Source: Candidatus Bathyarchaeota archaeon (GTDB lineage Archaea > Thermoproteota > Bathyarchaeia > Bathyarchaeales > Bathyarchaeaceae). Taken from it: a stretch of 57,240 nt of DNA. Positions 33,229-44,860 of this stretch are shown one piece after another (position 1 is the stretch's first letter; every line of letters begins with the position of its first letter). The notes below the pieces were generated by a model that did not search any database, had not been told where the DNA came from, and saw nothing but the letters and a program-made list of their open reading frames with translations. The stretch is taken from contig CAVOMX010000016.1 of NCBI GenBank assembly GCA_963697165.1, forward strand, positions 1 to 57,240, written 5' to 3'. Both the position numbers and the translations under genes were made by a program.

Positions 33229-34224
33229 ATGTTACAAAAATTCTCAGCTCTTCTAAAAGAAATCGTAAACACTTATCCTGAAGATTTATCTCGATTTCTT
33301 GAACAAAAGCTGCAAATCCCCGAAAACAAAGCGAAAGAATTAGCTCAACGAATAGAAAACAATTTTAATCTAAAAATCAACCATGAAATTCGAAAAAAAC
33401 TTTTAGAATTTTCATCATATCCCCAAGTGATTGAAGAAAACGACCAAAAAAAATTCAACATATATTCTTTAGACAATCTTTCGGGAAAAGAATTTGAACA
33501 ATTTCTAAAATGGTTCTTGGAAGAATTAGGATATCAAGTAAGATTAACCAAGTTGACTGTTGACTCTGGAGTTGACCTAGTTATATTAAACAACGGAGAA
33601 AAGATTGCAGTACAAGCCAAGAGATATAAAAGAAGCAGCAAAGTCCCAAACTCTGTTATTCTAAAAACGCGGGGCGGTCAAGCAATTTATGGTTGCGACC
33701 GTTCGTTAGTAATAACAACTTCATTTTTTACCCAACAAGCCATAAAAGAAGCAAAGCAACTGAATATTGAATTATGGGACAGAAATTTTCTGTCTGCAAG
33801 AATTGACCAAATTGATCAAGAAATAAGTGAATCTAAAAAAGGTATATCATTTCCTCCTTACGCAGCCTCACTCTTAAGTTCCCTTCTAACTTTAGATCAA
33901 ACAGGTATCTTCTATATCAAACACCTAAAAAACGAAAGGTATCATATTTATAGACATGGAATAAAACATCCATTGATTTCTTTCCATACAAATTACAGAA
34001 CAGTAAAATCTTTAGATTTTAGAATAGAAAACAATGAACCCGTCCCTATTGACAAAAGCCACTCTCTAATATATAGTGACTCTCATTATACTTATGGTCC
34101 AAGTGGTGCGGTAGCATACGAACAGATAAAAAATTACTTGTCACAATTCTTAGTCTCCTATGTAAATGACGTTTTTGGGATTTTTTGTTTCCACTTCCTA
34201 CTAGTGCTTGGAGTAACCCTTTAG
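33229..34224 (+). CDS. Mrr-type (Mrr_cat) restriction endonuclease
   Basis: LSGKEFEQFL...LGYQV...DSGVDLV...IAVQAKRY...VITTSFFTQQA...IELWD; 3' end overlaps the HAD remnant, so the stop is uncertain. Confidence 0.9.
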   Translation: MLQKFSALLKEIVNTYPEDLSRFLEQKLQIPENKAKELAQRIENNFNLKINHEIRKKLLEFSSYPQVIEENDQKKFNIYSLDNLSGKEFEQFLKWFLEELGYQVRLTKLTVDSGVDLVILNNGEKIAVQAKRYKRSSKVPNSVILKTRGGQAIYGCDRSLVITTSFFTQQAIKEAKQLNIELWDRNFLSARIDQIDQEISESKKGISFPPYAASLLSSLLTLDQTGIFYIKHLKNERYHIYRHGIKHPLISFHTNYRTVKSLDFRIENNEPVPIDKSHSLIYSDSHYTYGPSGAVAYEQIKNYLSQFLVSYVNDVFGIFCFHFLLVLGVTL

Positions 34225-34660
34225 GTTTGGGTTTCAATCGATCTAAAACTATATTGTCAAAGTAATTTTGGAGATTAAACTTTTTGAGATTTTGTTCAAC
34301 TTGTTCTTTTGGAGTTTGTGAAACAACTCCTAGCTTAATTGAATCGTGTTTTTTTAGTTTCTCTAATGTGGGAATTACGTCAGAGAATTTAATTATCAAT
34401 GAACCGTAATTCATGTATGCGTTTTTCCAAAAATAAATTGCGTCTTCTATCTCTTTGAAGCCTTTTTCTGATAGAAAATCTGGATAAGGCAGCTTGAAAT
34501 CTTCTCTGAATTGGATCAAAGATGGAGGTTTCGTATTATATTTCTTGCAAAGATCGACATATCCATTGTATCCGGCTAAAAGATCATTAACTAGAGTACC
34601 ACTAAGATCAAAGAGAATCGCTTCAGCTTCATCTAAATATAAATTATTCACTTTATCCAA
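34150..34660 (-). pseudogene. HAD-superfamily hydrolase, apparently truncated at motif IV
   Basis: LFDLSGTL, LGVVS, KPKPKG; after one indel it reads NPKNVIYIGD then stop. Confidence 0.65.
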
Positions 34661-34759
34661 CCTTTCAAACCAAAACTTTAGTGTTTACTATAAATGCGGT
34701 TTTCCTGAAGTACGTAAGTCCGTCGTTGTCTTGTCCAATCCACTCAAACCCTGATTTTA

Positions 34760-35862
34760 TCACTGTTTAAGTTTGTCAGCCGCGAACTCCTTGGAAAGCT
34801 CCTGGATTAGCTTTCTTTCCTTAGGCGTCAGCTTCTCGGGAGTTCGCACGTTTACATTAACAAGTTCGTCTCCCCTACCAAATCTACTTTTTATCCCTTC
34901 TCCTCTTAGTCGGAGCACTGTGCCATTTTGTGTCCCAGGTGGCATCTTGACTAATGTTTTGCTAGATAGTGTCGGTACTTCTATCTCAGCACCTAAAGTG
35001 GCTTGGGCAAAATTCACATTGGCCTCATACAAGAGGTCTAGACCCTTCCTATTCAGATAGGGGTGGGGTTTTACTCTTATCGTCACGTATAAATCTCCTG
35101 GTGGCCCATTATACGGGCATATTCGCCTTGCCCTCGAAGAACTAGACGATCGCCGTCATCGATACCGGCTGGCACTTTAACCTCAAGTCGTGCCTTGCTT
35201 TCTTCAAGCCCATTGCCTCCACACGTCTTACACTTTTTCTGAGCTACTTCTCCTCTACCATTGCAACGGTCACAAGAAACGACTATCTGGCCGAAATCTG
35301 AATTTGATCTGATTCTTTGCGCAATTCTTCCAGAACCTTGACATTTTGGACAAGTCACCAAACTACTGCCAGGCTCAACACCTAAACCACCACATCTAGT
35401 GCACTTTTTCATTCTTGGTAAAGTAATTTCTAACTTAGTTCCGAAAGCGGCCTGCTCTAGCGTAATCTCCAATTGGGCATCTAAGTTGCGACCAGGACGA
35501 AGCTCACGCTGACCTTGATTGAAATTGAAACCGCCACCGAAGATTCGATTGAAGAGATCGTTACCATTAAAACCAAATTCTGAAAAGATATCTTGGAAGT
35601 TCTCGCGGTTGTAGATGTCTTCTTGCTTGTATTGCTGCTTTATTCCTTCTAAGCCTGAAGCATCGTATTGGCGCCTCTTTTTTGGGTCAGAGAGTACGGC
35701 GTAAGCCTCTGAGGCCTCCTTGAATTTCTCTTCAGCATTAGGTATCTTGCTCCTATCTGGATGATATTTGAAAGCTAGTTTTCGAAATGCACGCTTAATT
35801 TCTTTTTGAGACGCATCCTTATTGACACCTAATGCATCGTAATAATCCAACCCACTCGTCAA
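34760..35862 (-). CDS. dnaJ: Chaperone DnaJ (frameshift near 35100)
   Basis: J-domain YHPD, G/F-rich region, four CxxCxGxG repeats, C-terminal domain in 34760..35086. Confidence 0.95.
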
Positions 35863-35918
35863 ATTAAGCGATCACCCGAATTTTCATAGTATATCAAAAG
35901 TAAAAAACGCTATTTTTT

Positions 35919-37788
35919 CTACTCGTCCACAACCTTGTACTCTGCATCAACAGTCTTCTTTTCATGTTGTTCTTCTTTAGGGGGTGCATTTTCTTGGCTT
36001 GCTTGTTGTTGAGCTCTTTGAGACGCAGCTTGCTGATAAACTGTTGCCCCTGCTTCTTGAGCTAACCTTTTTAGTTCTTCGACCTTGGCGCTTATTTCAG
36101 CTAATCCTCCCGCTTTCAATGTGTCCTTCAATCCCTGAATGGCCTCTTGAATCGCCGTCTTCTGCTCGACAGATATTTTATCTGAGATCTCGTTTAACGT
36201 TTTTTCAGTCGTGTAAATCAAGGAATCGGCGGTGTTTCGAATTTCAGCCTCCTTTTTTACGCGTTTGTCTTGTTCAGCAAACTGTTCTGCCTCCTTTATC
36301 ATTTGATTTTTCTCTGTTTGGCTAAGCTTGGTGGAGGCAGTAATCTTGATTCCCATCTGATTGCCAGTTCCTAAATCTTTTGCAGCAACATTCAGAACTC
36401 CATCTGCGTTAATGTCGAATGTCACATCAATTTGTGGGATACCTCTAGGTGCTGATGGAATTCCAGTGAGGTTAAATTGACCTAAGCTTATGTCGTCCTT
36501 GGCCATGCTACGTTCCCCTTGGAGCACGTGTACTGTAACGGCTGTCTGGCCGTCAGCAGCTGTGGAAAAAGTTTGGCTTTGTTTAACAGGTATTGTTGTG
36601 TTCCGTTCGATGATCTTCGTGAAGACGCCACCTAGAGTTTCTATCCCAAGGGAAAGAGGAGTTACGTCGAGGAGCACTATATCCGAGATCTCTCCTGTGA
36701 GGACTCCTCCTTGAATGGCAGCACCTATGGCCACACACTCCATCGGGTCTATGCCTCTCTCAGGCTTCTTACCAATTATGTCCTCGATGAATTGCTGAAC
36801 AAGTGGCATCTTTGTCTGTCCACCCATCAGGATTATCTTGTCGATTTGTACTTGGGTCAACTTCGTTTCAGACAAGGTTCTAAGGATTGGCTCTCTAATC
36901 TTCTCTACAATGGGTCTAGTTAGTTGTTCAAGTTTTGCTCTTGTTAGAGTTATGTGAAGATTCTTCGGACCCGTAGCATCTGAAGTAATGTATGGGAGAT
37001 CTATGTCTGTAGTTATCAGATTTGATAGTTCTATCTTGGCTGTTTCGGCTGCATCCTTCAAACGAGCCAAAGCTTTTGCATCTCCCTTGAGATCAATTCC
37101 TGTTTCGCGCTTGAACTCTGAAATAGTATAATCCATAACAGCTTGGTCGAGATCTGCTCCACCTGTTTTTGTATCTCCACTGGTGGCTAAAACTTCGAAG
37201 ACACCTTCACCAAAGTCCATAATAGTGGTGTCGTTTGTGCCGCCACCAAAACTGAAGACCAGAATTTTCATTTCTTGACCAGCTTTATCCAATCCATAGG
37301 CTAGGGCTGCTGCAGTTGGCTCGTTCACAATTCTTGTTACTTTTAAGCCTGCAATCTCACCAGCGTCTATTGTTGCTTGACGCTGATTATCGTTGAAATG
37401 TGCGGGAACTGTTATTACTGCCTTCGTTATCTTCTCGCCAAGATAGGTTTCAGAATCGCGAAGAATCTTCTGTAGAATTAATGCTGAGATTTGTTGCGGT
37501 GTGTACTCTTTCCCGTAAACCTTGACTTTATAGTCCGTACCCATTTTTCGCTTAATTTCACGTATGGTTCCCTCTGGGTTGGTAATAGCTTGTCTTCTTG
37601 CAGGTTCACCCACAAGTAGCTGTTCCATCCTTAGTAAAAGCTACGACGGATGGAAACATCTTTCCCGCTACTGTTGCTCCCTCAGCACTTGGAATTATGG
37701 TAGGTTTACCTCCGATAATTACAGCTGCGGCTGAATTTGTTGTTCCGAGATCGATTCCTAATATTCTTTCAATTTTTTCATTACTCAT
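35919..37788 (-). CDS. dnaK: Chaperone DnaK/Hsp70 (frameshift near 37620)
   Basis: [50 protein letters not shown]. Confidence 0.97.
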
Positions 37789-37813
37789 GTTTATCATTTC
37801 CATTTTAACTTTA

Positions 37814-38347
37814 TCAGAGTCTAGAAGAGCATGCTACTTTCACCAAGCAGGGTCGAAAAACTTTTCCGTTTAATAGGTAACCTTTTTTGATTTCCTCTAC
37901 AATCATGCCTTCAGGGTAGTCACATGTTTCAACTTCTTGAACCGCTTCGTGAACGTTCGGATCGAAGGGTTTTCCGATAGCCTCTATTGGGTAAAGCCCC
38001 TCACAACTGATCACTTTCCACAGTTTTTTCCTTATCATCTCCATCCCTTCTAGGAGAATGGGATTCTTTGCTTTCTTCGCTTCGTTCAGAACAATGTCCG
38101 CTTCCTCAGCGACTGTTAATATTTGTAGGATTAGCTTCGCTTTTTCTCGAGTTACTCCTTCATCAACACACCTTTGTACGTGTTTCTGAAGGTTTTCAAG
38201 ATCAGCTCGTGCGTATTTGAGCTGGTTAAGATAGGTTTCCTCAAGTTTGGTCTTCTCCTTTAGCGAAGCCTCTAGCTTTGCCACTTTTCTTTTACATTTC
38301 GCTTCTATTCCCACGTTGATTTCTTTGTCATCATGCTTGGACGACAT
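37814..38347 (-). CDS. grpE: Nucleotide exchange factor GrpE
   Basis: [34 protein letters not shown]; upstream of dnaK. Confidence 0.93.
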   Translation of the reverse strand: MSSKHDDKEINVGIEAKCKRKVAKLEASLKEKTKLEETYLNQLKYARADLENLQKHVQRCVDEGVTREKAKLILQILTVAEEADIVLNEAKKAKNPILLEGMEMIRKKLWKVISCEGLYPIEAIGKPFDPNVHEAVQEVETCDYPEGMIVEEIKKGYLLNGKVFRPCLVKVACSSRL

Positions 38348-38550
38348 TTTACCCTTTTCAGACCCCTATTGAACTAATCTATTGACTTCAGATAAGTTAT
38401 ACTTTTTGTTTATAATTGTCTTGCTCCTCATGATCTTGGAATTCATAGAATTCTTGAACTCTGTTATCTTCAAACCGTAATTTGCACTTCTGATACATAC
38501 TGGAGCTGAGTAGTTTTGGCAACACATATTGTCAAGTTCAATCTTTGAGA

Positions 38551-38733
38551 TTATTCTTCTCTTCTAATTGAGGCTGTCTTCCTGCATAATAGAATGTAAG
38601 TTTCTGTTGCACGTAATACTGTGTATCCTTGACCTGCTAAAACGTTTAATCTTTCATTGAACTTTGCCCATGTTTCTGCGTCATTAGTCTCAGGTACTCT
38701 CTCTATTTGTATTGCTTTTGGTTTCAAAGTCAA
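38551..38733 (-). CDS. Small hypothetical protein
   Basis: 60-aa ORF preceded by GGGTGAAAA; LNxLAxQGY motif. Confidence 0.55.
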   Translation of the reverse strand: MTLKPKAIQIERVPETNDAETWAKFNERLNVLAGQGYTVLRATETYILLCRKTASIRREE

Positions 38734-39068
38734 TAATTTTCACCCCCTAATATTTTAGTGCATCCACGTCAAGGTCTACTAAAAGAACATTTAACCATTA
38801 CAAAATAATTTGCTTTCCCACTTTTTAGTAAACATTTGTTTTCCAGCGATTAAACGGACATTGACGCCAACAATAAGTGGTAGACTTGTAAATACAACAT
38901 CCACATTCAGCCCCACTAAATTGATTTGACCTACCCATTTTATACTTGTTTCTAATATACAATGAATTAAACCCCCAAATAAATTATCTATAGTCGTTGT
39001 GTGGAGGGCTTGAAGTTATTGGAAAAAATGTAACTATTGTTTTTCTTCTTTCTAATACGCATCTATTT

Positions 39069-39206
39069 TTATTTGGTGACCCATTTTATTATGGCTTCTT
39101 CGACTGCTTTTGATAAGTCTCCCTTTTTCCCGCCAAATCTCTCGATTGTCTTGAATCTAAGCTTCTTTTCCAATTCTTCAGAGAGTGCTACACTTATTCG
39201 ACCCAT
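39069..39206 (-). CDS. Ribbon-helix-helix DNA-binding protein (45 aa, below ORF-track cutoff)
   Basis: MGRISVALSEELEKKLRFKTIERFGGKKGDLSKAVEEAIIKWVTK. Confidence 0.75.
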   Translation of the reverse strand: MGRISVALSEELEKKLRFKTIERFGGKKGDLSKAVEEAIIKWVTK

Positions 39207-39600
39207 TTTAATTACCGACCACACAAATTTTTATTGTCTCTATTTTTTTGCAAGCCCCTAAGGCTAGATGTTTTTCCAATAAGCAAATTGTCCTATGTCA
39301 ACTATCCGTTTTATTTTTATAATCAATTTTTGTTCACCTTGATTTGCTTATTCCTATAAGATATTATGTGCTTACACGCTTATAAGGTTATTGGCTTAAT
39401 CATTTAAACATTAAAGATATGATCTGGAAATATAAACGACATTCGCACACGCCTGATAAGCCGTTCATCAAACTCTTCTGATCCATCAGGACCCTCACCC
39501 CCTCAAAAAAAACAGAGAAACGACAGTAAAATCTTGATTAATCCAAAAAGAAGCATACCTTTATCGGCTACAAGACCTAATAACTCGTAGGGAGATAATT

Positions 39601-41244
39601 ATGGCATATTTAACACAAACCCAGTCTGGACAACCTGTGCTTATTTTGAAGGAAGGAACATCTAGGAGTAGAGGGAAGGAGGCACAGAGAAACAATATAA
39701 TGGCAGCTAAAATTATTGCTGAAGCCATAAGATCTACGCTTGGACCACGAGGAATGGACAAGATGCTGGTGGACAGCTTGGGCGACATAACAATTACAAA
39801 CGATGGCGCAGCAATCCTAGACGAGATTGAGGTGGAACATCCAGCAGCCAAAATGATGGTTGAAATAGCGAAAACACAGGACGATATGGTAGGAGATGGA
39901 ACAACAACTGCCGTAGTCCTTTCAGGAGAATTACTCAAAAAAGCTGAGGAACTCTTGGAACAGAATATTCACCCAACATTGATCGTAAGCGGCTACAGAA
40001 AAGCAGCTGAGAAAGCAATGGAAGTTCTAGACAACATAAGTGAAGCTGTGAAACTAGATGATAAAGAAACATTGAAGAAGGTTGCAATAACCGCAATGAG
40101 CAGCAAAGGTGTAGGATCAGCAAGAGAACACTTTGCAGACATAGCAATCGAGGCAGTAAAACAGATAGCTGAAAAACGTGGAGAAAAATGGTCAGCAGAC
40201 ATCGATAATATCCAAATAATAAAGAAGGAAGGAAAGAGTCTTCTCGACACAGAACTAATAAGAGGCATAATCCTTGACAAAGAAGTTGTTCACGCAGGGA
40301 TGCCGAAACGTGTTGAAAACGCCAAGATCGCTCTTGTGAATACAGCTTTAGAAGTGAAGAAGACAGAGATCAGTGCAGAGATCAGAATACGCGATCCAAC
40401 TCAAATGAAATCGTTTTTGGACAAAGAGACAAACATGCTAAAAGACATGGTTGAGAAGATCACCAAGGCTGGAGCAAACGTAGTGATCTGTCAGAAAGGC
40501 ATTGACGATATGGCTCAACACTTCTTAGCGAAGAAAGGTATCCTCGCTGTTCGACGTGCAAAAGAATCCGACATGGACAAACTCTCAAGAGCTACCGGTG
40601 GGAGGATGGCAACCAACCTGGATGATCTGAAACCAGAAGACCTAGGCCACGCAGACCTCGTTGAAGAAAGAAAGATCGGCGACGACGAGATGGTCTTCAT
40701 TGAAGGATGCAAAGATCCCAAGTCTGTTTCGATACTCATCCGTGCTGGACTTGAGAGAATGGTCGATGAAGCAGAACGAACTATGAACGACGCCTTATCC
40801 GTTGTAGCTGATCTCTTCAAGAAGAACAAGGTCGTTGTAGGTGGAGGAGCAGTTGAAGCTGAAGTGGCTAAAGAACTACGACACTACGCTGTTAAGATTG
40901 GGGGAAGAGAACAACTAGCAGTAGAAGCGTTCGCAGAATCTCTAGAGATCATTCCTAACACGTTGGCTGAGAACGCTGGCTTGGAAAAGATTGACATTAT
41001 GGTCGAATTAAGAGCAGCCCACGAGAAACCTAAAGGACACTTAATGGGGGTCGACGTTTTTACAGGAAAGGTTGCTAACATGCAGAAGATGGGGGTTATC
41101 GAACCCCTAAGCGTTAAGGAACAAGCGATAAAGTCTGCCAGCGAAGCAGCGTCAATGATCTTGAGAATCGATGATGTAATATCTTCTTCAAAACCGAAGA
41201 CATCGAAAGGGCCAGGAGAAGGGAGCGAGTCAGAATATGATTAG
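39601..41244 (+). CDS. Thermosome (group II chaperonin) subunit 1
   Basis: [30 protein letters not shown]; acidic tail. Confidence 0.97.
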   Translation: MAYLTQTQSGQPVLILKEGTSRSRGKEAQRNNIMAAKIIAEAIRSTLGPRGMDKMLVDSLGDITITNDGAAILDEIEVEHPAAKMMVEIAKTQDDMVGDGTTTAVVLSGELLKKAEELLEQNIHPTLIVSGYRKAAEKAMEVLDNISEAVKLDDKETLKKVAITAMSSKGVGSAREHFADIAIEAVKQIAEKRGEKWSADIDNIQIIKKEGKSLLDTELIRGIILDKEVVHAGMPKRVENAKIALVNTALEVKKTEISAEIRIRDPTQMKSFLDKETNMLKDMVEKITKAGANVVICQKGIDDMAQHFLAKKGILAVRRAKESDMDKLSRATGGRMATNLDDLKPEDLGHADLVEERKIGDDEMVFIEGCKDPKSVSILIRAGLERMVDEAERTMNDALSVVADLFKKNKVVVGGGAVEAEVAKELRHYAVKIGGREQLAVEAFAESLEIIPNTLAENAGLEKIDIMVELRAAHEKPKGHLMGVDVFTGKVANMQKMGVIEPLSVKEQAIKSASEAASMILRIDDVISSSKPKTSKGPGEGSESEYD

Positions 41245-41289
41245 AATTGAACAAATTAAAAGAACAAGAAAAATGGAGGAAAATAAATA

Positions 41290-42948
41290 ATGGCTGCACT
41301 ACAAGGTGGAGTACCTGTAAAAATCTTAAGGGAAGGATCTAGCAGATCTAGAGGAAGAGACGTACAACACAATAACATTATGGCCGCCCAGGTAATAGCA
41401 GAAGCTGTTAGGAGCGCTCTTGGACCGAAAGGCATGGACAAGATGCTTGTAGATAGCATGGGTGATGTCACCATAACCAGTGATGGACGCACAATTCTTG
41501 ACGAGATGGATGTTGAGCACCCAGCGGCTAAGATGATGATTGAGGTTGCCAAAACTCAGGATGATGAAGTTGGTGATGGAACGACAACTTCAGTAATCTT
41601 AGCTGGCGAGCTATTAGGAAAAGCTGAAGACCTGATCAACAAAAATGTCCATCCGACCGTGATAATTGATGGATATAGAAAGGCAGCGGACAAAGCACTT
41701 GAGATGCTCGAAACGATCGCGATCACTATAGAACCCAAAGACAAAGGATATCTGAAAAAAGTTGCCATGACATCTATGGCAAGCAAGCTGGTCGCTGAAA
41801 ACCGCGAAAAATTAGCCGAGATAGTTGTGGAAGCAGTACTAGACGTAGCCGAGAAAGTCGGAGACGAGATTAGAGTAGACCTGGACGACATTATGGTGGA
41901 AAAGAAAACGGGAGAATCTGTTACAGACACGAAGCTCATCAAAGGCATAATCCTTGACAAAGAGGGTGTTCATCCAGGCATGCCTAAACGTGTAGAAAAT
42001 GCGAAGATCGCCTTATTGGACACCGCGCTCGAAGTTGAGAAGACCGAGTTCGACGCAAAGATCACCATAGAGACGCCGGAGCAGATAGAATCTTTCCTCA
42101 AAGAAGAAGAGAACATGCTCCAAGAAATGGTTGACAAGATCGCCAAGTCAGGCGCTAATGTCCTCGTCTGCCAAAAAGGTATCGATGATATGGTTCAGCA
42201 CTTCCTAGCAAGAAAAGGCATCCTAGCCATAAGACGCGCAAAGAAATCTGACATGGAAAAACTTGCCAAAGCCACAGGTGGCAAAGTTGTCACAAACCTT
42301 GACGACATGACCAAGAAGGACCTTGGCAAAGCAGCGCTCGTCGAGGAAAGAAAGATCGGCGACGATAAAATGACATTCGTCGAAGGCTGCAAGAATCCAC
42401 TTTCAGTAGCTATATTGATCCGCGGAGGAACCGAACGATTCATAGATGAAGCGGAACGTTCAATTCACGACGCCCTATGTGTAGTCCGAGACGTGGTGCA
42501 AGAGCCTAAGATTCTGGCGGGAGGAGGAGCTCCCGAGATGGAAATCGCGAGAACATTGAGAGACTACGCTAAATCTTTGCCAGGCAGGGAGCAGCTCGCA
42601 GTTCAAAGATACGCCGAAGCGATAGAAATTGTTCCGTTAACATTAGGAGAAAATGCCGGTCTTGACCCTATAGACATACTTACAGAACTTAGAGTTCGTC
42701 ATGAGAAAGGCGAGATATGGGCAGGCGTAGATGTTTTCGAAGGCAAAGTTAACGACATGGAGAACCTTGAAGTCTACGAACCTTTGGTGGTCAAGAAACA
42801 GTTAATCAAATCCGCAACCGAAGCTGCTACCATGATACTAAAGATTGATGATGTAATTGCGTCGGGTAAGACGACAATGCCCCAGGCTCCTGGTGGTCCA
42901 GGGGGGATGCCGCCTGGCGGATATGGTGGAATGCCACCAGAATATTGA
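41290..42948 (+). CDS. Thermosome subunit 2
   Basis: [22 protein letters not shown]; Gly/Met/Pro-rich tail. Confidence 0.97.
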   Translation: MAALQGGVPVKILREGSSRSRGRDVQHNNIMAAQVIAEAVRSALGPKGMDKMLVDSMGDVTITSDGRTILDEMDVEHPAAKMMIEVAKTQDDEVGDGTTTSVILAGELLGKAEDLINKNVHPTVIIDGYRKAADKALEMLETIAITIEPKDKGYLKKVAMTSMASKLVAENREKLAEIVVEAVLDVAEKVGDEIRVDLDDIMVEKKTGESVTDTKLIKGIILDKEGVHPGMPKRVENAKIALLDTALEVEKTEFDAKITIETPEQIESFLKEEENMLQEMVDKIAKSGANVLVCQKGIDDMVQHFLARKGILAIRRAKKSDMEKLAKATGGKVVTNLDDMTKKDLGKAALVEERKIGDDKMTFVEGCKNPLSVAILIRGGTERFIDEAERSIHDALCVVRDVVQEPKILAGGGAPEMEIARTLRDYAKSLPGREQLAVQRYAEAIEIVPLTLGENAGLDPIDILTELRVRHEKGEIWAGVDVFEGKVNDMENLEVYEPLVVKKQLIKSATEAATMILKIDDVIASGKTTMPQAPGGPGGMPPGGYGGMPPEY

Positions 42949-43302
42949 CCGTTAGATCAAAAGATCCCCCAATGATCTGGATCAACATTGAAAAATAGAG
43001 GTTTGGCGTGGGCATCGGTTTTGGGGGGAACAAAAATTTCCTATAAAACTTTATGTGTTTTTTTCATTTTCGGAAGTGTTTCTTCCCCCCATTTCGCGGA
43101 CAAAATGGACTCTGCACTACCCCTACCAAAAGACATAAAACGAATTCACAAGTAACCTTTTTGGGGGATTTTTATAATTGAAACTTAAACAGACAATCAG
43201 ATTGGCTGTTTTGGTAATTTAATTTCGGTTCTAGTTTTTTGGTTTGCAGAAAATCATGTCACCCTAATTTTTTCTATAGCTGCTGTTGGCTACCCCCAAA
43301 AT

Positions 43303-43893
43303 TTGATGTATGTAATCCTAAACTTCTTTCTGATTAGCGTCTTTGTTCTTTTAATCGGTTTCAGAAGAAAACTGGCACGTCTTCTTGCAAGCATCTACAT
43401 AGCATTCATTGTAGCACTGTACATTGAAATGTACGGTTTTCCGTTAACAATGTACTTTTTCGCTTGGGTCTTCGGCTCCAACAGCGTAACCACATTATGG
43501 TATCTTCTCAAAGCGTTCACAGGAGAAAAACTATTCTACTCCATATTCATGGGCATGATAGTACCCACATCCAATGTGATCATCATGACTGGAATGCTAC
43601 TAATAATCTTCGGTTGGACAAAAATCTTCAGAGCCAAAAATGAGCTTGTAACAACAGGTATCTATAGTCACATCTGCCATCCTCAATATCTGGGATTTCT
43701 ACTAATCACATTAGGAATGAATGTTCTATGGGTTACATTTTCTACACTAACATTATGGCCCGTCCTAGCTTTTTTGTATTATCGCCTCGCCAAAGAAGAA
43801 GACAATCAAATGGAAGAAAAATTCGGAGAAGAATTCCTAACATACAAAAATCACATTCCGATGTTTATTCCAAAACTTCAAAAAAGTAGCTAA
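43303..43893 (+). CDS. Isoprenylcysteine carboxyl methyltransferase family membrane protein
   Basis: EMYGFPLT, LVTTGIYSHICHPQYLG, AKEED..MEEKFGEEF..YK...PMFIP. Confidence 0.85.
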   Translation: MMYVILNFFLISVFVLLIGFRRKLARLLASIYIAFIVALYIEMYGFPLTMYFFAWVFGSNSVTTLWYLLKAFTGEKLFYSIFMGMIVPTSNVIIMTGMLLIIFGWTKIFRAKNELVTTGIYSHICHPQYLGFLLITLGMNVLWVTFSTLTLWPVLAFLYYRLAKEEDNQMEEKFGEEFLTYKNHIPMFIPKLQKSS

Positions 43894-44183
43894 CTTATTT
43901 GCCTTCTTAACTCCTGAACTGAAACTAACCCAGATTAACAAAACTTATTTGAAACCCATAAAGAAATCTACAACTGAGTCCATACAGAAACGAGGTACAA
44001 TAACATCTTTTTCTGGATTAAACTACTGATTTCACTTGTTTTTTCTTACTTGGTTTATTATTTGAGGGCTCTGATTGGTTCCTATTTCTTATGATTCTTT
44101 TTAGCTTGTAGCTGGCAACTTTTGCACTATTAGACTTCATAGAATGAAAGTTGAACAAAAACAAAAAATAATTTGTAAAGGGA

Positions 44184-44408
44184 TGGTGGGGCCGGCCGGA
44201 GTTGAACCGACGACCTTTACCCGGAACAGTTCATTCCCTGTCCCTACGGGTTTCTCCTCGCTCCAGAATTTCGTCATCCCAGAGTATGGTCAGCAAACCC
44301 ATTGCATATTTCTGGAGCCCTTAACGGTTTGCACCGTTTGTCGGTACACTATCGTCATCCCTTTCTAGCGCCCCATCAAAAGACAGAGCGTGGCTAGACT
44401 ACGGCCCC
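44184..44408 (-). tRNA. tRNA-Trp(CCA) with four BHB introns
   Basis: Removing 44363-44391, 44321-44350, 44252-44311 and 44217-44245 gives a 77-nt cloverleaf with loop CTCCAGA and ACCA end. Confidence 0.9.
44252..44311 (-). ncRNA. Intron-encoded box C/D guide RNA of pre-tRNA-Trp
   Basis: ATGACGA (C-like) and CTGA (D) boxes; ATTCTGGAG and ATGGGTTT are complementary to the host anticodon region. Confidence 0.7.
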
Positions 44409-44495
44409 CTCCCACAACAATTTACACATTCACAATATATACGTTTCTTGAATAACAAGCGAAACATTAAAAAACCAAGAGTATGGATGGTAGTT

Positions 44496-44619
44496 GGGTT
44501 GCCGGCCATAGGGTGTGGGACCCACCTGATCCCATTCCGAACTCAGAAGTTAAACCACTCTCCGTTTCCGGTGTTAGTGTGGGCTTCGGCCACGTGAAGC
44601 CGGGAAAGCTGGCAATCCA
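44496..44619 (+). rRNA. rrf: 5S rRNA, unlinked from 16S/23S
   Basis: GGCCATAG...CACCTGATCCCATTCCGAACTCAGAAGTTAAAC; terminal GGGTTGCC/GGCAATCC helix. Confidence 0.95.
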
Positions 44620-44860
44620 CTTAGACTTTAAAAGAGCCTAATTCTAGACAAATAACCATTGGCACCTAATTTTTATGTTTGTCTGACTAATTTTTTTCTT
44701 CAAAAACACAATTACAATGCCAACTTTTTCACTGAAGCTGATGAACTGTTAAGTGAGAAACTTTCTCTAGTAATCTCTCTGAACCTGTCTGGAAAATATT
44801 TCTTGGAAATACTCAAAACTTATTACCGACCTTGTCCTCTCTGAGGAAGAGTGTATTTAA

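Noticed and set aside
39561..42443. Antisense ORFs within the thermosome genes (and similar ones in tpiA, dnaK, hcp and pheT)
   Set aside because: Shadow ORFs of well-supported genes
44144..44368. 74-aa ORF on the + strand
   Set aside because: Antisense to the tRNA-Trp gene
44496..44619. Stand-alone 5S rRNA as a novelty
   Set aside because: Unlinked 5S genes are normal in TACK archaea
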